A DNA stretch of 64,000 nt from an uncultured Methanosarcinales archaeon. GTDB taxonomy: Archaea > Nanobdellota > Nanobdellia > Woesearchaeales > GW2011-AR9. The notes under the pieces are model-generated. The model ran no database searches and was not told the DNA's origin. It saw only the letters and a program-made list of their open reading frames with translations. The position numbers were made by a program, and so were the translations under genes. Location: positions 12,907 through 76,906 of the forward strand of contig CAZWBB010000002.1 in the NCBI GenBank assembly GCA_964632045.1, read 5' to 3'. Shown piece by piece: positions 16,899-26,885 of this stretch. Each line of letters begins with the position of its first letter. The first letter of the stretch is position 1.

Positions 16899-18281
16899 TC
16901 AAATATGCTCCCCTTTTTCTTCCAGGAACCGGACATTACTGTAGCGGAGATCTTTATAGTCTGAGATGACCCCTTCATCAAGGGCTTTTTTGATCTCTTG
17001 TATTCCGTCAACCAAGCTGTGATCAGGTTGGAAGCCAAGCGTTTCCCTGATTCTCTTGAAAGATACACGGTAGTTGCGCTTATCCACATCACGATCTTCA
17101 ATAAGTAATGATGCCGTTGGAATCTGCTGCTTCACCAATTCTCCAATTTGGTTGATAGTGTAGTTCTGTACTTCACTTCCCACATTGAAAACATTATTAG
17201 CAACTTTCTCCAACGGGGCTTCTAGAGATAAGATTATTGCTTTTGCCACATCGGCGACGTGGACGTTAGGTCTCCACTGGTCACCTCCAAAGATGGTGAT
17301 CTTACCTTCCTTAACCGCTTTTCCGGTAAGAGTATTAACTACTAAATCAAAACGTGCTCTAGGTGATAAACCATAGACTGTACTTAGCCTTAAAATAGTC
17401 GGAGAAAAATTTTCGTCACTCATCTCCCTGAGGATGTTTTCAGAGTTCAACTTCATCTTTGCATACAACGAAACCGGGTTCACGTGTGATTCTTCATCAA
17501 GAAGTTCTTCCCCTTTGGATGCCCCGTACACGCTGCAGGAAGAAAGGTATACCAAGCGATTGATTTGGTAATGTTTGCAGACTGAAGCTACAAGCATGGT
17601 TGCAAGATAGTTGACATCCTGTGTTGTTTTTGGATCTAGATCGCAAGCGGGGTCTCCTACAAGTTCGGCTAAATGTACTGCTGCATCAACATCTTTGACA
17701 CAGTTGGTCAGAGTTTCCACATGTCGTGTGTCCCCTTTGACGATCTCTAGGTTTGGATCACGAATGTCCTGCAGATGTTCCTTCCCGTAAATAAAAATGT
17801 CGAGTATTCTTACTTTGTATCCTTTTGACAGCAACTTCTTTACTAACACTGAACCAATGTATCCCCCACCTCCGATCACCAGGACTTTGTCTACCGGCTT
17901 GACTTTCAGAGTGCTCCTGGAGAGAAATGATAACCTGTTTACTTCCATCAATGCAAAATCTTGCACAACTTTATCTTTATTCACTATAGGGATACCCAGG
18001 AGCTTCTGTGCTTTGATAAGGTCAATTAGATAATTTTCTTCTGCATCGGTGAAACAGTATATTGGGTGATGGTTCATTATAGAGGATATTTCATCAGAGA
18101 TGTCATTCCCTTTGATGATTCCTCTTCTGATGTCTCCATCAGTGACTACACCAAGCAGTTTTCTATCATCATCTACGACCAGAGCAATTCTTAGCCCGGT
18201 TTTTCCAATGGTACGCATAACTTCTTTTATTGAAGCTTCTTTGTTTACAAGTAATTCATTCAAAGCTATCATTTTGTTCAC
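16899..18281 (-). CDS. CBS-pair + NAD-dependent epimerase/dehydratase (extended SDR) fusion
   Basis: N-terminal CBS (LVVD...GVVTDGDIRR), then GGGGYIG, SSCSVYG, YAKMK. Confidence 0.88.
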   Translation of the reverse strand: MNKMIALNELLVNKEASIKEVMRTIGKTGLRIALVVDDDRKLLGVVTDGDIRRGIIKGNDISDEISSIMNHHPIYCFTDAEENYLIDLIKAQKLLGIPIVNKDKVVQDFALMEVNRLSFLSRSTLKVKPVDKVLVIGGGGYIGSVLVKKLLSKGYKVRILDIFIYGKEHLQDIRDPNLEIVKGDTRHVETLTNCVKDVDAAVHLAELVGDPACDLDPKTTQDVNYLATMLVASVCKHYQINRLVYLSSCSVYGASKGEELLDEESHVNPVSLYAKMKLNSENILREMSDENFSPTILRLSTVYGLSPRARFDLVVNTLTGKAVKEGKITIFGGDQWRPNVHVADVAKAIILSLEAPLEKVANNVFNVGSEVQNYTINQIGELVKQQIPTASLLIEDRDVDKRNYRVSFKRIRETLGFQPDHSLVDGIQEIKKALDEGVISDYKDLRYSNVRFLEEKGEHI

Positions 18282-19863
18282 CTATCTTTTTAAAAAATTC
18301 TTTCACTGATCTGACAACATAATTATATTCCTCAAGATTTATTGCTGCGGACATGGGGAGAGTTAGGACCTTTTTTGATAGATTTTCAGTGATGGGCAAA
18401 TCGTTTTCTTTATAGCCAAATTTTGTCTGGTATAATGTTTTCAGATGCACCGGGTTGAAATAGACTTTTGTCATAATGCCTTTTTCACGCAGGAAATTTT
18501 GCAGAGCATATCTTGTGGCTTGATCCGGTAGGGTGATAGTGTACATCTGATACAGATGTTCATGGGGCGGTGGGGGAAAAGGACACTTTATCTCCCGGCA
18601 TCCAGATAGTTCTTGATTAAGAAACTCTGCCATTTTTTTCCTGATTGCAACAACCCTATCCAATTTATCTAACTGGGAAAAGCCCAGGGCCGCCGAAATT
18701 GTCGACATCCGAAAATTGTAGCCTGCTTCCAGGTAATCGGCATCTTGGGTTGAGGAAAAGTAATCACTATCAGACAGATCGAATCTTCCGTGAGAGCGCA
18801 ATAATTTAATCTTTTCGTATATTCTTTGGTCGTCGGTAACAACAATACCTCCCTCGCCACAGGAAATCACTTTATTCTGGCAGAGGCTAAACATGGCAGC
18901 ATCCCCAAATGTTCCAATTTTCTTTCCGTTGATACTAGCGCCAAGTGATTCAGCTGCATCGTCAAGAAATAACAGGTTATTTTCTACACAGAGTTTCACT
19001 ATCTCCACAGTGTCTCTGGCAGCACAACCGCCATAGTGGACGGGGATGACTGCTTTTGTCCGCGGGCCAATCTTTTTTCTAACATCTTCTACATCCAGTC
19101 CAAATGTATCTGGTTCACATTCAGCAAAAACCGGGATCCCTCCAGCTAAGACTACTGCATTTGCGGTAGCAATGAATGTGAATGAAGGGATTATCACTTC
19201 GTGTCCTTTCACATCACATGCTAGTAGAAGAGTGAGTAAAGCAGATGTTCCTGAACTGAAAGACAATGCATACTTGGTCCCGACCAATTTGATGATCTTC
19301 TTCTCAAATTCATCTATCTCCGGACCAGTTGCCCAAAATGTTCCCCTCTTCAGCACTTCTGTAACAGAGTCGATATCGTGCTGATCTGAGTAAGTTCTGA
19401 AAAGCGGCACTTTCCAGCTATTTGGGCCTATACTTTTTTGTTTCGTAGTAATGTCGGGATTCTCTTCCCTGATTTTTTTTACTACTCTTACTGGTGTTCC
19501 AAAAGCGACTACGTTATCGGGGATATCCTTGTTAACAAAGCTATGGGCGCCAATGATTGAATTTTCGCCGATAGTCACCCCCGGCATTATTGTACTGTGT
19601 GTACCGATGCGGCAATTCCTTTTTAGTGTGATCTTTCCTTTTTTGCAGTCGATGGTACTCTCGCTATAGATGGAACAGTGGCTACCAATCTGCACTTCAT
19701 CTTGGATCTCTACCCCAAATCTAGCATTTATGTAGCAAAGAGCCCCGATGTCAGTCTTCTTACCTAGATTGAGATTTTCTTTTCCTTGCACCATCCAGTT
19801 CCACTTAGTAAGTTTTCCTTCCTCAATTATTGGAGGATTCCAAGCATCAAATCTGTCTTTCAT
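18256..19863 (-). CDS. Hexapeptide-repeat (LbH) acyltransferase + DegT/DnrJ aminotransferase fusion
   Basis: IGTHSTIMPGVTIGENSIIGAHSFVNKD LbH repeats, then a DegT domain with DDAAESLG and the PLP lysine in FSLCQNKVISCGEGG. Confidence 0.9.
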   Translation of the reverse strand: MKDRFDAWNPPIIEEGKLTKWNWMVQGKENLNLGKKTDIGALCYINARFGVEIQDEVQIGSHCSIYSESTIDCKKGKITLKRNCRIGTHSTIMPGVTIGENSIIGAHSFVNKDIPDNVVAFGTPVRVVKKIREENPDITTKQKSIGPNSWKVPLFRTYSDQHDIDSVTEVLKRGTFWATGPEIDEFEKKIIKLVGTKYALSFSSGTSALLTLLLACDVKGHEVIIPSFTFIATANAVVLAGGIPVFAECEPDTFGLDVEDVRKKIGPRTKAVIPVHYGGCAARDTVEIVKLCVENNLLFLDDAAESLGASINGKKIGTFGDAAMFSLCQNKVISCGEGGIVVTDDQRIYEKIKLLRSHGRFDLSDSDYFSSTQDADYLEAGYNFRMSTISAALGFSQLDKLDRVVAIRKKMAEFLNQELSGCREIKCPFPPPPHEHLYQMYTITLPDQATRYALQNFLREKGIMTKVYFNPVHLKTLYQTKFGYKENDLPITENLSKKVLTLPMSAAINLEEYNYVVRSVKEFFKKIGEQNDSFE

Positions 19864-19960
19864 CGTTCTTCCGTCATTTGAATCATTATCATTTTATTAC
19901 GTCTTGGGTTTAATACCCCGTTGCTCTGCTGCGATTGGGATGGTGAATTTTTAGGTATTT

Positions 19961-21823
19961 TCATTTTATTTCTCTCACCGGAGAGAAAGCTTCTGCGAAA
20001 TGGACACCGCTCTCTGATCCCCGCTTCCTGGCGAGTGCTTTGACTATTTCTAATGAACGTGGGTGCGGCAGTTGCCTAATCTCTTGCTTATATAGTTTCA
20101 TGACTTCCAACTTCTTGTCAATGGTATCTGTAATGTCTACAAAGACGAGGGGCACGAATGTATCTAAATGTCTTCCCCATTCCGTTTCTGACAGTGTTTC
20201 ATAAGCAAGAATTTTCTTCACACTGCTTTGCATTGGTCTCATAGCAACTAGTGCGGACTCAAAAACTGATCGGTGGTCTCTATTTAGATCTCCTTTATGA
20301 GGAAGATAGACTTCATCCGGCTCTACTTCGTTGACTACTTTTTTGATTGCGCTATTCAGTTCTTTTTGAGGTACCGTGTCCAATTTGGCAGTAGGATAAT
20401 CCAAGAAGAAAACCTTGCGGATGCCCAAAGATTCTGCAACTCGGTACACTTCTTCTTTTCTTTCTTTTATCGATTCTCTAGACCATTCTGGAAGGTAGGC
20501 TTTAGTGACTACACAAAGGTGTATCTCGTGGCCTTCTTTCACTCTTCGGGCAATTGTTCCTCCACAACCAAGTACTTCATCATCAGGGTGAGGAGCAATC
20601 ACCAGAATTCTTCTAGGTTTTTTTGCATTTGGTTTTTTCTTAGAACTGATCGGTAGGTCATAGGACAGTTGCTTCTGCAACAAATCCAGGTTTGTTTCGA
20701 CCTTGCTTAGGGTATCAGCAATTTTCACGCCAGCGTTACCACCACCATAAGGGTTGACACAGTTCTGTAAAGTTTTTTTAAAATCGGGTGAAAAGGCTTT
20801 TTGTATGGCGGTTGTTATCTCATTATAATCATGATCTACATCAATCACGTTTTGTGCCCTCTCCCGTCCATCCTGTCGTATTCCTATATTCACTACAGGG
20901 AGTCCAAAAGATGAGGTTTCAATGATGGCACAACTTGAATTTCCTACCATTACATCAACATGTTTCAGGAGGCTTAGGAAAATTGAGTGTTCAAGGCTTT
21001 TGAAAAGATGGATTTTGTCTGATTGATTATTGTGTTGTTCTATCACTTCAACGATAGCTCTTCCACCAGCATCTGAGTTGGGGTAAACAACAATTATTTT
21101 TTTTCCAAGGGCAAGTGCTGCCCGCAGAGTTTCCTTCATCTGGTCGGCCGCCTTATCTGGCATTGTTGTGACAGAATGTTGAAGAACAAGAATTGTTGGA
21201 TGTTGCAGTTTGAATCCAAGTTTGTCTTCCAACTGGCTTTTACTAATTATTTCTTCATGTAGTATTGGATCTAGTCCTGGAGCACCAACCACCTGAATTC
21301 TCCAATCGTCTTCCCCCAGCATACGAATTCGTTCTGCGCTCAGTTCTGTTGCTGGGAAGTGGATGTTGGCAAATTTAGTGATGGCGTGTCTAGCTGACTC
21401 ATCAAGACCCCCTTTTGAAACATCTCCCCCATGTATGTGAGCGACGGGAATCCTCATATAAGACGCGGCTATCACTGCAGCTAGTGCTTCTGTCCTGTCT
21501 CCCAAAATCAAAACAAAATCTGGTCTTAGTTCTTCATAACAGCTGCTGAATTCAGTAACACCCTTACCGATGGAACTGGACATGGCGTACGAGGAATCGT
21601 CGTCAATTGGCATGAAAACTTTTTTATCTACATTAAAACCGTCCTGTTCAATTTCTCGATATGTAAGTCCAAACTGTTTATCCAAGTGCATACCTGCCAC
21701 AATGGTCTGAAGTTCCAGCAGCGGGTGCTCTCTAATAGCTTCCATTACCGGCTTAAGTAAACCATATTCTGCTCTTGTTCCAGTTACAACACCGATTCTT
21801 CTCATGATATGTCTCCTTGTCAA
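19961..21823 (-). CDS. neuC: Hydrolysing NDP-sugar 2-epimerase (NeuC/LegG) + PIG-L/LmbE deacetylase fusion
   Basis: VTGTRAEYG, LGDRTE, HIHGGD, GNSS, NIGIRQ; C-terminal APHPDDEVLGCGG...DLNRDH. Confidence 0.9.
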   Translation of the reverse strand: MTRRHIMRRIGVVTGTRAEYGLLKPVMEAIREHPLLELQTIVAGMHLDKQFGLTYREIEQDGFNVDKKVFMPIDDDSSYAMSSSIGKGVTEFSSCYEELRPDFVLILGDRTEALAAVIAASYMRIPVAHIHGGDVSKGGLDESARHAITKFANIHFPATELSAERIRMLGEDDWRIQVVGAPGLDPILHEEIISKSQLEDKLGFKLQHPTILVLQHSVTTMPDKAADQMKETLRAALALGKKIIVVYPNSDAGGRAIVEVIEQHNNQSDKIHLFKSLEHSIFLSLLKHVDVMVGNSSCAIIETSSFGLPVVNIGIRQDGRERAQNVIDVDHDYNEITTAIQKAFSPDFKKTLQNCVNPYGGGNAGVKIADTLSKVETNLDLLQKQLSYDLPISSKKKPNAKKPRRILVIAPHPDDEVLGCGGTIARRVKEGHEIHLCVVTKAYLPEWSRESIKERKEEVYRVAESLGIRKVFFLDYPTAKLDTVPQKELNSAIKKVVNEVEPDEVYLPHKGDLNRDHRSVFESALVAMRPMQSSVKKILAYETLSETEWGRHLDTFVPLVFVDITDTIDKKLEVMKLYKQEIRQLPHPRSLEIVKALARKRGSESGVHFAEAFSPVREIK

Positions 21824-21845
21824 CAGTTACGACTATTTGGGCCTG

Positions 21846-23657
21846 TTAAGAAGAGTCTTCTAACTCGGCCCTCCAAATCCTTAGCTTTTTCCCATTTCTT
21901 TCTATGTAAGCGCCTTTGTAAGGTTTGGATAAAGCTCGTATTTTGTTGTAAATTTGCTCAATGGATTCTTTTTCAAAATCTATTCTATTGCACTCCAGAC
22001 TTGGCTTTTCAAAAACCAAGACATTATTTTCACTCTGAGGAATGCGCTGAGCCTTTCCCAAAGCGATGAGGGGGAAATACTGGACAACCAACTTCTTGCC
22101 AGCTTCAATCACTTTATCATATATGTCCTGAGCATGGTCATTCTTTTCAATTGTAAAATGCTCCTGTCCAATAATATCGCCGTCATCTAACCCTTCGGAT
22201 ACATGGAACAGGGTCAGTCCGGATTTAGTGAAGTTACTAATTACTGAATTGATAATGGGGGCGGGGCCTCGGCCGATTGGCAGAAGAGTGGGATGAAATC
22301 CTATGAATCCGTCACTGGGAAAAGATAAGATCTCTTTGTTAATCACCTGCCGCCAGCCACACATCATAACAAGATCCGGCGTAAGTTGTGAAAGCAACTC
22401 TTTTTCACAATTAATATCTTCTATTTCGTAGACTGGAATACCAAATTCATTCCATTTTCCAACATCAATCCCATCATACATGACCGTTTTTGCTTTTGGA
22501 TTGAGAGTGATGATGGCGCTGATTTCTATCCCCTGCTTCACTGTTTCACTTAATAATTCTTGCCCCAGCTTGTTGGCGGATAGCCAGACTATTTTTTTTG
22601 AATTCTGTGTTTCTCCGATGTGCTCCCACCGCAATAATTGGTCTTTGAGGAGAGGTTTGACGAGCCTTTTCCCAATCAACCAACTAAAATACTTTGGAGG
22701 TAGGCCCGTGCCAGGTCTCTTGATCGTAATTGCTTCCTTTGTAACGATGCTCCCTTCAGGAAAATCATTTTTGGCGACAATACTTTTTCTTATCATTCTG
22801 ATCATGCTTTGTTCAGAATTGTTTGGCTTTTTTTCCGGAATCCCGTGTATTGAATGAATATTACGGATAGAAGTCACCATCTCTCTTAGCTCGTCAGGTT
22901 CTAACGATGCTGCGTGGTCAGGCCCTTTCATCGACTTGTCTAAAGTAAAATGCTTCTCAATACAGACCGCTCCTAAAGAAGCAGCCATTATTGGGACCTG
23001 AAGGCCCATTGTATGGTCTGAATAGCCGATCAAGCAATCTAATTCCTCTTGCATTGTCTTCATCGCTTTTAGGTTCACTTCATTTAATGGGCAGGGATAA
23101 TTGGTTGTACAATGCAACGCAATTACTTTTCTATTTCCAACATTATGGATGGTCTGTAATGCTTCCTTAATTTCCGGTAGCGTTGACATTCCTGTTGCTA
23201 GGATTATTGGTTTACCATAACGTGCAATTGTTTGCAGGAATGGAAGATTGGTCAAATCTCCTGATCCAATCTTATAACAAGGCATCAAATCGTTTAGAAA
23301 TTCAATTGCATCTGCAGTGTGAGGTGTTGACAAAAAAATAATGCCTTTGTAGTCGCAATATTCTTTAAGTTCAGCGAAGTGATGATAGCTGAGTTCTAGT
23401 TTTTTCAGCATTTCTAATTGTGATTCATTGCCCCCAAGATTTCTTTCCTGATATGAAGCCCGAGGAGCCCCTGTCGTGACAAGGTTCTCAGATTTAAATG
23501 TCTGGAATTTGACAGCATCTACTCCTGTCTCAGCAGCCGCATCCACCAGTTTCTTAGCTATTTCTATACTACCGTTGTGATTCACTCCTGCTTCTGCAAT
23601 GATAAAAATCGGTTTTTCTTTACCAACGATCCTATCAGCTATGTTTATTTGTTCCAT
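21846..23657 (-). CDS. neuB: Nonulosonate synthase (NeuB/LegI, with SAF domain) + formyltransferase fusion
   Basis: IAEAGVNHNG, KFQTF, KIGSGD, GYSDHT, EKHFTLD; C-terminal FHPTLLPIGRGPAP...GLDDGD. True start likely ATG 23657 (MEQINI), not 23768. Confidence 0.9.
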   Translation of the reverse strand: MEQINIADRIVGKEKPIFIIAEAGVNHNGSIEIAKKLVDAAAETGVDAVKFQTFKSENLVTTGAPRASYQERNLGGNESQLEMLKKLELSYHHFAELKEYCDYKGIIFLSTPHTADAIEFLNDLMPCYKIGSGDLTNLPFLQTIARYGKPIILATGMSTLPEIKEALQTIHNVGNRKVIALHCTTNYPCPLNEVNLKAMKTMQEELDCLIGYSDHTMGLQVPIMAASLGAVCIEKHFTLDKSMKGPDHAASLEPDELREMVTSIRNIHSIHGIPEKKPNNSEQSMIRMIRKSIVAKNDFPEGSIVTKEAITIKRPGTGLPPKYFSWLIGKRLVKPLLKDQLLRWEHIGETQNSKKIVWLSANKLGQELLSETVKQGIEISAIITLNPKAKTVMYDGIDVGKWNEFGIPVYEIEDINCEKELLSQLTPDLVMMCGWRQVINKEILSFPSDGFIGFHPTLLPIGRGPAPIINSVISNFTKSGLTLFHVSEGLDDGDIIGQEHFTIEKNDHAQDIYDKVIEAGKKLVVQYFPLIALGKAQRIPQSENNVLVFEKPSLECNRIDFEKESIEQIYNKIRALSKPYKGAYIERNGKKLRIWRAELEDSS

Positions 23658-25474
23658 GCCATTCCACCTGTCCCAGCTGTTTCTCTCCTGATCAACAATA
23701 AATCTCCAAAATACATCATGTCTAGCTTGGAATTGTCCATAACTTCTATCGCATCTTGAGCAGAACACACTACTGGGGACCCATGTATGTTTAGAGAAGT
23801 ATTTAATACAGCTCCAATACCAGTTAATTTTTCAAATTCTTTAATCAGGTCGTAGTATTGCGGATTAATCTCTTTCTTGACCATCTGGGGTCTTGCAGTT
23901 AAGTCGGCAGGATGCAATGAAGCTAGAATCTCCTTGCGGCCAAGTGGAGTAGAATCAAAGCCCAGAGTCATGAAAGGAGAATATAGGTTTTTTGGATTGA
24001 CGACATAATCGTTAACCCTTTCATGTAAAATTGAGGGAGTGAAAGGCATCCAGAAATCACGAAACTTAATTTGGCTGTTGATTTTTTGAATTATGTGTGG
24101 ATTTGCTGGATTGGCAAGGATGGACCTATTGCCAAGGGCTCTCGCTCCAAATTCCATTCTGCCCCGGCAAATACCTACCACTTTGCCTTCAACAAGTCTT
24201 TCTGCGATGTATCTGTGGTCAATATTCCTAAGTACCTCGTACCTATCCGCTGCACCCGTTTCCTGCAAAGCGCTAAGTATACTTGCTTCAGTAATATCCG
24301 GACCCAAATATGCGTCGCGCAAAGGTTGAATAGTACTTTTTTCGATGTTATTATCTTCACAATGCTTACTCATCATACGATAGCAAGCTCCCAGAGCATT
24401 GGATTCGTCAGCTGGACTGGCACTAACAAAAAATTCTTCGACTTCAGGCATATTAGAAATTGCCATGTTAAGCTTGATGTTCATAGCGACGCCACCACTG
24501 AAGACAACCCTGCGGATTCCCGTCCTGTTGATTGCATTACGGATCCATTGCACAAAGATTTCTTCAACCATCTTTTGTAGTGCACCTGCAATTCCGTCAA
24601 ATCGACATCCCTCTAACTTTTCTTTAAAGTGAAAGTAAAGGTCACTAGGTTTTTTGTTCCACTGAAATTCAAGGCCCTCCACTTTCATCAGTTCTGAAAA
24701 AACTTCATACGCTCGCTCCAGTTCTTTTACATTTGAATAAGGTGCGAGACCCATCACTTTGTACTCATGTTCAAATGGTTTCATCCCCAAAAGTAAGGTG
24801 ATGTACCGATAGATCCGTGCTATCTGGCAGTTATCGGTCTGGAAAATTCTGGTGATCTTGTTATCTCTGGCTACACTGACCGTAGCGTTGAGACCGTCAC
24901 CAAACCCATCAGCTGTAAGGATTAGGGTATCTGCTCTAAATGGAGAGCTAAAATAAGCATAGTTGCTGTGGCACTCGTGGTGGTCAATGAATTCCACCTT
25001 CTCCGGAGAGATGTTAAGATGACGGGTTGTCGCTACCGTCCGCATCTTTTTTGACAAATTGGGGTCGGAAAAGTTGTTTTCATTCATCAAACTGAAATCA
25101 TAGTCCATCTCTTGAACACCTTTTCTTTCTTCGATTCCTTTGATATGTTCCCATTCATTTACGGGCTTTTTATCAATGAGTAAAGGTTTGAAATACTCAT
25201 GCTGTTCCCTTACATGGTCGTTGATAGAGTATGTGCACATTTTCTTTATTCTGAGCCAGGCCATGTTTGTGTGGAGAGTCGAAAATGCTACTTTGTCTAT
25301 TTGATCTGGAGAGATGCCCGCAAGTTCCAAGCATTTTTCAACTGCTTGTTTTGAGTACCCCGTGTCGTTTTTCTTCCTAGAAAGACGTTCTCTACTGACT
25401 GCAGCGACAATCTTTCCATCTTTCATAATGGCGGCAGTAGAATTATGGCCTTCTTCAATCCCTAATATTATCAT
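23645..25474 (-). CDS. Carbamoyltransferase (NodU/CmcH family)
   Basis: GIEEGHNS, DHHECH, EYKVMGLAPY, SGGVAMN, EFGARALGNRS, KFRDFWMPF, LNTSLN. Confidence 0.92.
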   Translation of the reverse strand: MIILGIEEGHNSTAAIMKDGKIVAAVSRERLSRKKNDTGYSKQAVEKCLELAGISPDQIDKVAFSTLHTNMAWLRIKKMCTYSINDHVREQHEYFKPLLIDKKPVNEWEHIKGIEERKGVQEMDYDFSLMNENNFSDPNLSKKMRTVATTRHLNISPEKVEFIDHHECHSNYAYFSSPFRADTLILTADGFGDGLNATVSVARDNKITRIFQTDNCQIARIYRYITLLLGMKPFEHEYKVMGLAPYSNVKELERAYEVFSELMKVEGLEFQWNKKPSDLYFHFKEKLEGCRFDGIAGALQKMVEEIFVQWIRNAINRTGIRRVVFSGGVAMNIKLNMAISNMPEVEEFFVSASPADESNALGACYRMMSKHCEDNNIEKSTIQPLRDAYLGPDITEASILSALQETGAADRYEVLRNIDHRYIAERLVEGKVVGICRGRMEFGARALGNRSILANPANPHIIQKINSQIKFRDFWMPFTPSILHERVNDYVVNPKNLYSPFMTLGFDSTPLGRKEILASLHPADLTARPQMVKKEINPQYYDLIKEFEKLTGIGAVLNTSLNIHGSPVVCSAQDAIEVMDNSKLDMMYFGDLLLIRRETAGTGGMAWNK

Positions 25475-26825
25475 TTTTTATTACCTCCTCACTATCTAAT
25501 ATATTTGTTTGTTGGTTCTCCAATGGAGATGAACCAGGAGCATTGGTGACACTTGCTATTCTCACACTCTCAGGGAGACTCGATACATACGCCGGCAATT
25601 CATCACTGATCCCTCCTATATCGTAGACTGCTGACCTTAATCTCCACACTCCATTTACCTTTTTCCAAATATGGGGTGATCTAAATTTGTCGATGATTTT
25701 CCAGAATTCCACTTCTGTGATATTCAGGTAATCAAGGAAAAATTTGAAATGTCTGGCGGGAAACTCTCCATCATACCTTTTCACAAGAGAGACCCCTTCT
25801 TCTCGGGAGATGTGATCATCCCTAATCTCATGTGCGGCGTCTGAAGTGGCTCTGGCTATCCCAAACTTGATGAAAGCTAGATAGAAATGGAATCCATCCA
25901 TTTGGTCATCCAGGCTAGCGTATTTGGAATAGGTGCCTTCTGACCTCCCTTCAGGATTAGCTTCAAAGCCAGTATGTTCGGCAGCAAGATAATAATTCTC
26001 CTGAGGTACCCACTTCTTGTAGTAAGAAAACCAGTGGAATTCGATCCCCCTGTTCCGTAAGTCTTCAATATTTGGGGGACGGTAGAAAGTCAAGTCAGAT
26101 TCATCAAAATCATCCCTGGAGAAGTAGTCTGTCTCTTCCAGGCCATATCTTATCAAGTCATCTACTGTAACGCCTTTGAAGTATTGTTCTGTCCAGATTT
26201 CAAGGGGCATACCCCGGAGGTTATACACTCGCGGGTCGCCGCTGTATTCGGCCTCACCATTTTCTCCAAAAAATACTAGTTTGATATCAAACTTCTGGGC
26301 AATGTGAAACGCATAACAGACCTGACCGTAAGTGAATGGCTGCCAGGCATCTCCAATCGCTTCAAAGGCAATTCTAGACAATTTCCGGTGGAAACGTCCG
26401 TTCTGCCAGGCCATCAGATTATTGAAACCTCCAATTTTGAGGAATTGTCTGAAGTTCTTGTACCCAATGTTGGTGTACTCGAATGGAGCCCAGGTGATGG
26501 TAAGCGGATGCATGCCATATTTGTGTTTCAGTTCCCAGGCGACCCGGGCACTGTCCTTTTCCCCGCTTGCTGGAACGACAACATCGAATCTTCCGTCATT
26601 CCTACGATACTTATCACACAACTCCTTCAATTCCTGCTCTCGCTGAGTCCAATTGATAACTTGATCCTTAATGTGAGTGAAATTACAAGCACCGCATACG
26701 CCTTTATCATCCCACCTGATGCGTGGTCTTTGGTTGGAAACAACGCATCTTTTACAAAATTTGATCTCTTTGGGTAAGATTGGCAGCTGTTTATCCAATA
26801 TTTTTTGACTTACCATTATAGACAC
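25455..26825 (-). CDS. N-acetyl sugar amidotransferase (WbuX/PseA/PtmG type)
   Basis: CKRC...CGAC, PP-loop-like SGEKDS, GENGEAEY, YSKYASLDD; precedes nothing else but lies in an operon with HisH/HisF-like partners. Confidence 0.88.
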   Translation of the reverse strand: MSIMVSQKILDKQLPILPKEIKFCKRCVVSNQRPRIRWDDKGVCGACNFTHIKDQVINWTQREQELKELCDKYRRNDGRFDVVVPASGEKDSARVAWELKHKYGMHPLTITWAPFEYTNIGYKNFRQFLKIGGFNNLMAWQNGRFHRKLSRIAFEAIGDAWQPFTYGQVCYAFHIAQKFDIKLVFFGENGEAEYSGDPRVYNLRGMPLEIWTEQYFKGVTVDDLIRYGLEETDYFSRDDFDESDLTFYRPPNIEDLRNRGIEFHWFSYYKKWVPQENYYLAAEHTGFEANPEGRSEGTYSKYASLDDQMDGFHFYLAFIKFGIARATSDAAHEIRDDHISREEGVSLVKRYDGEFPARHFKFFLDYLNITEVEFWKIIDKFRSPHIWKKVNGVWRLRSAVYDIGGISDELPAYVSSLPESVRIASVTNAPGSSPLENQQTNILDSEEVIKNDNIRD

Positions 26826-26885
26826 ACCTCTTTCACTTTCGTGGCATTATCTTGTGTTTTCCCATCCTCTCTTGACACAGTGACG

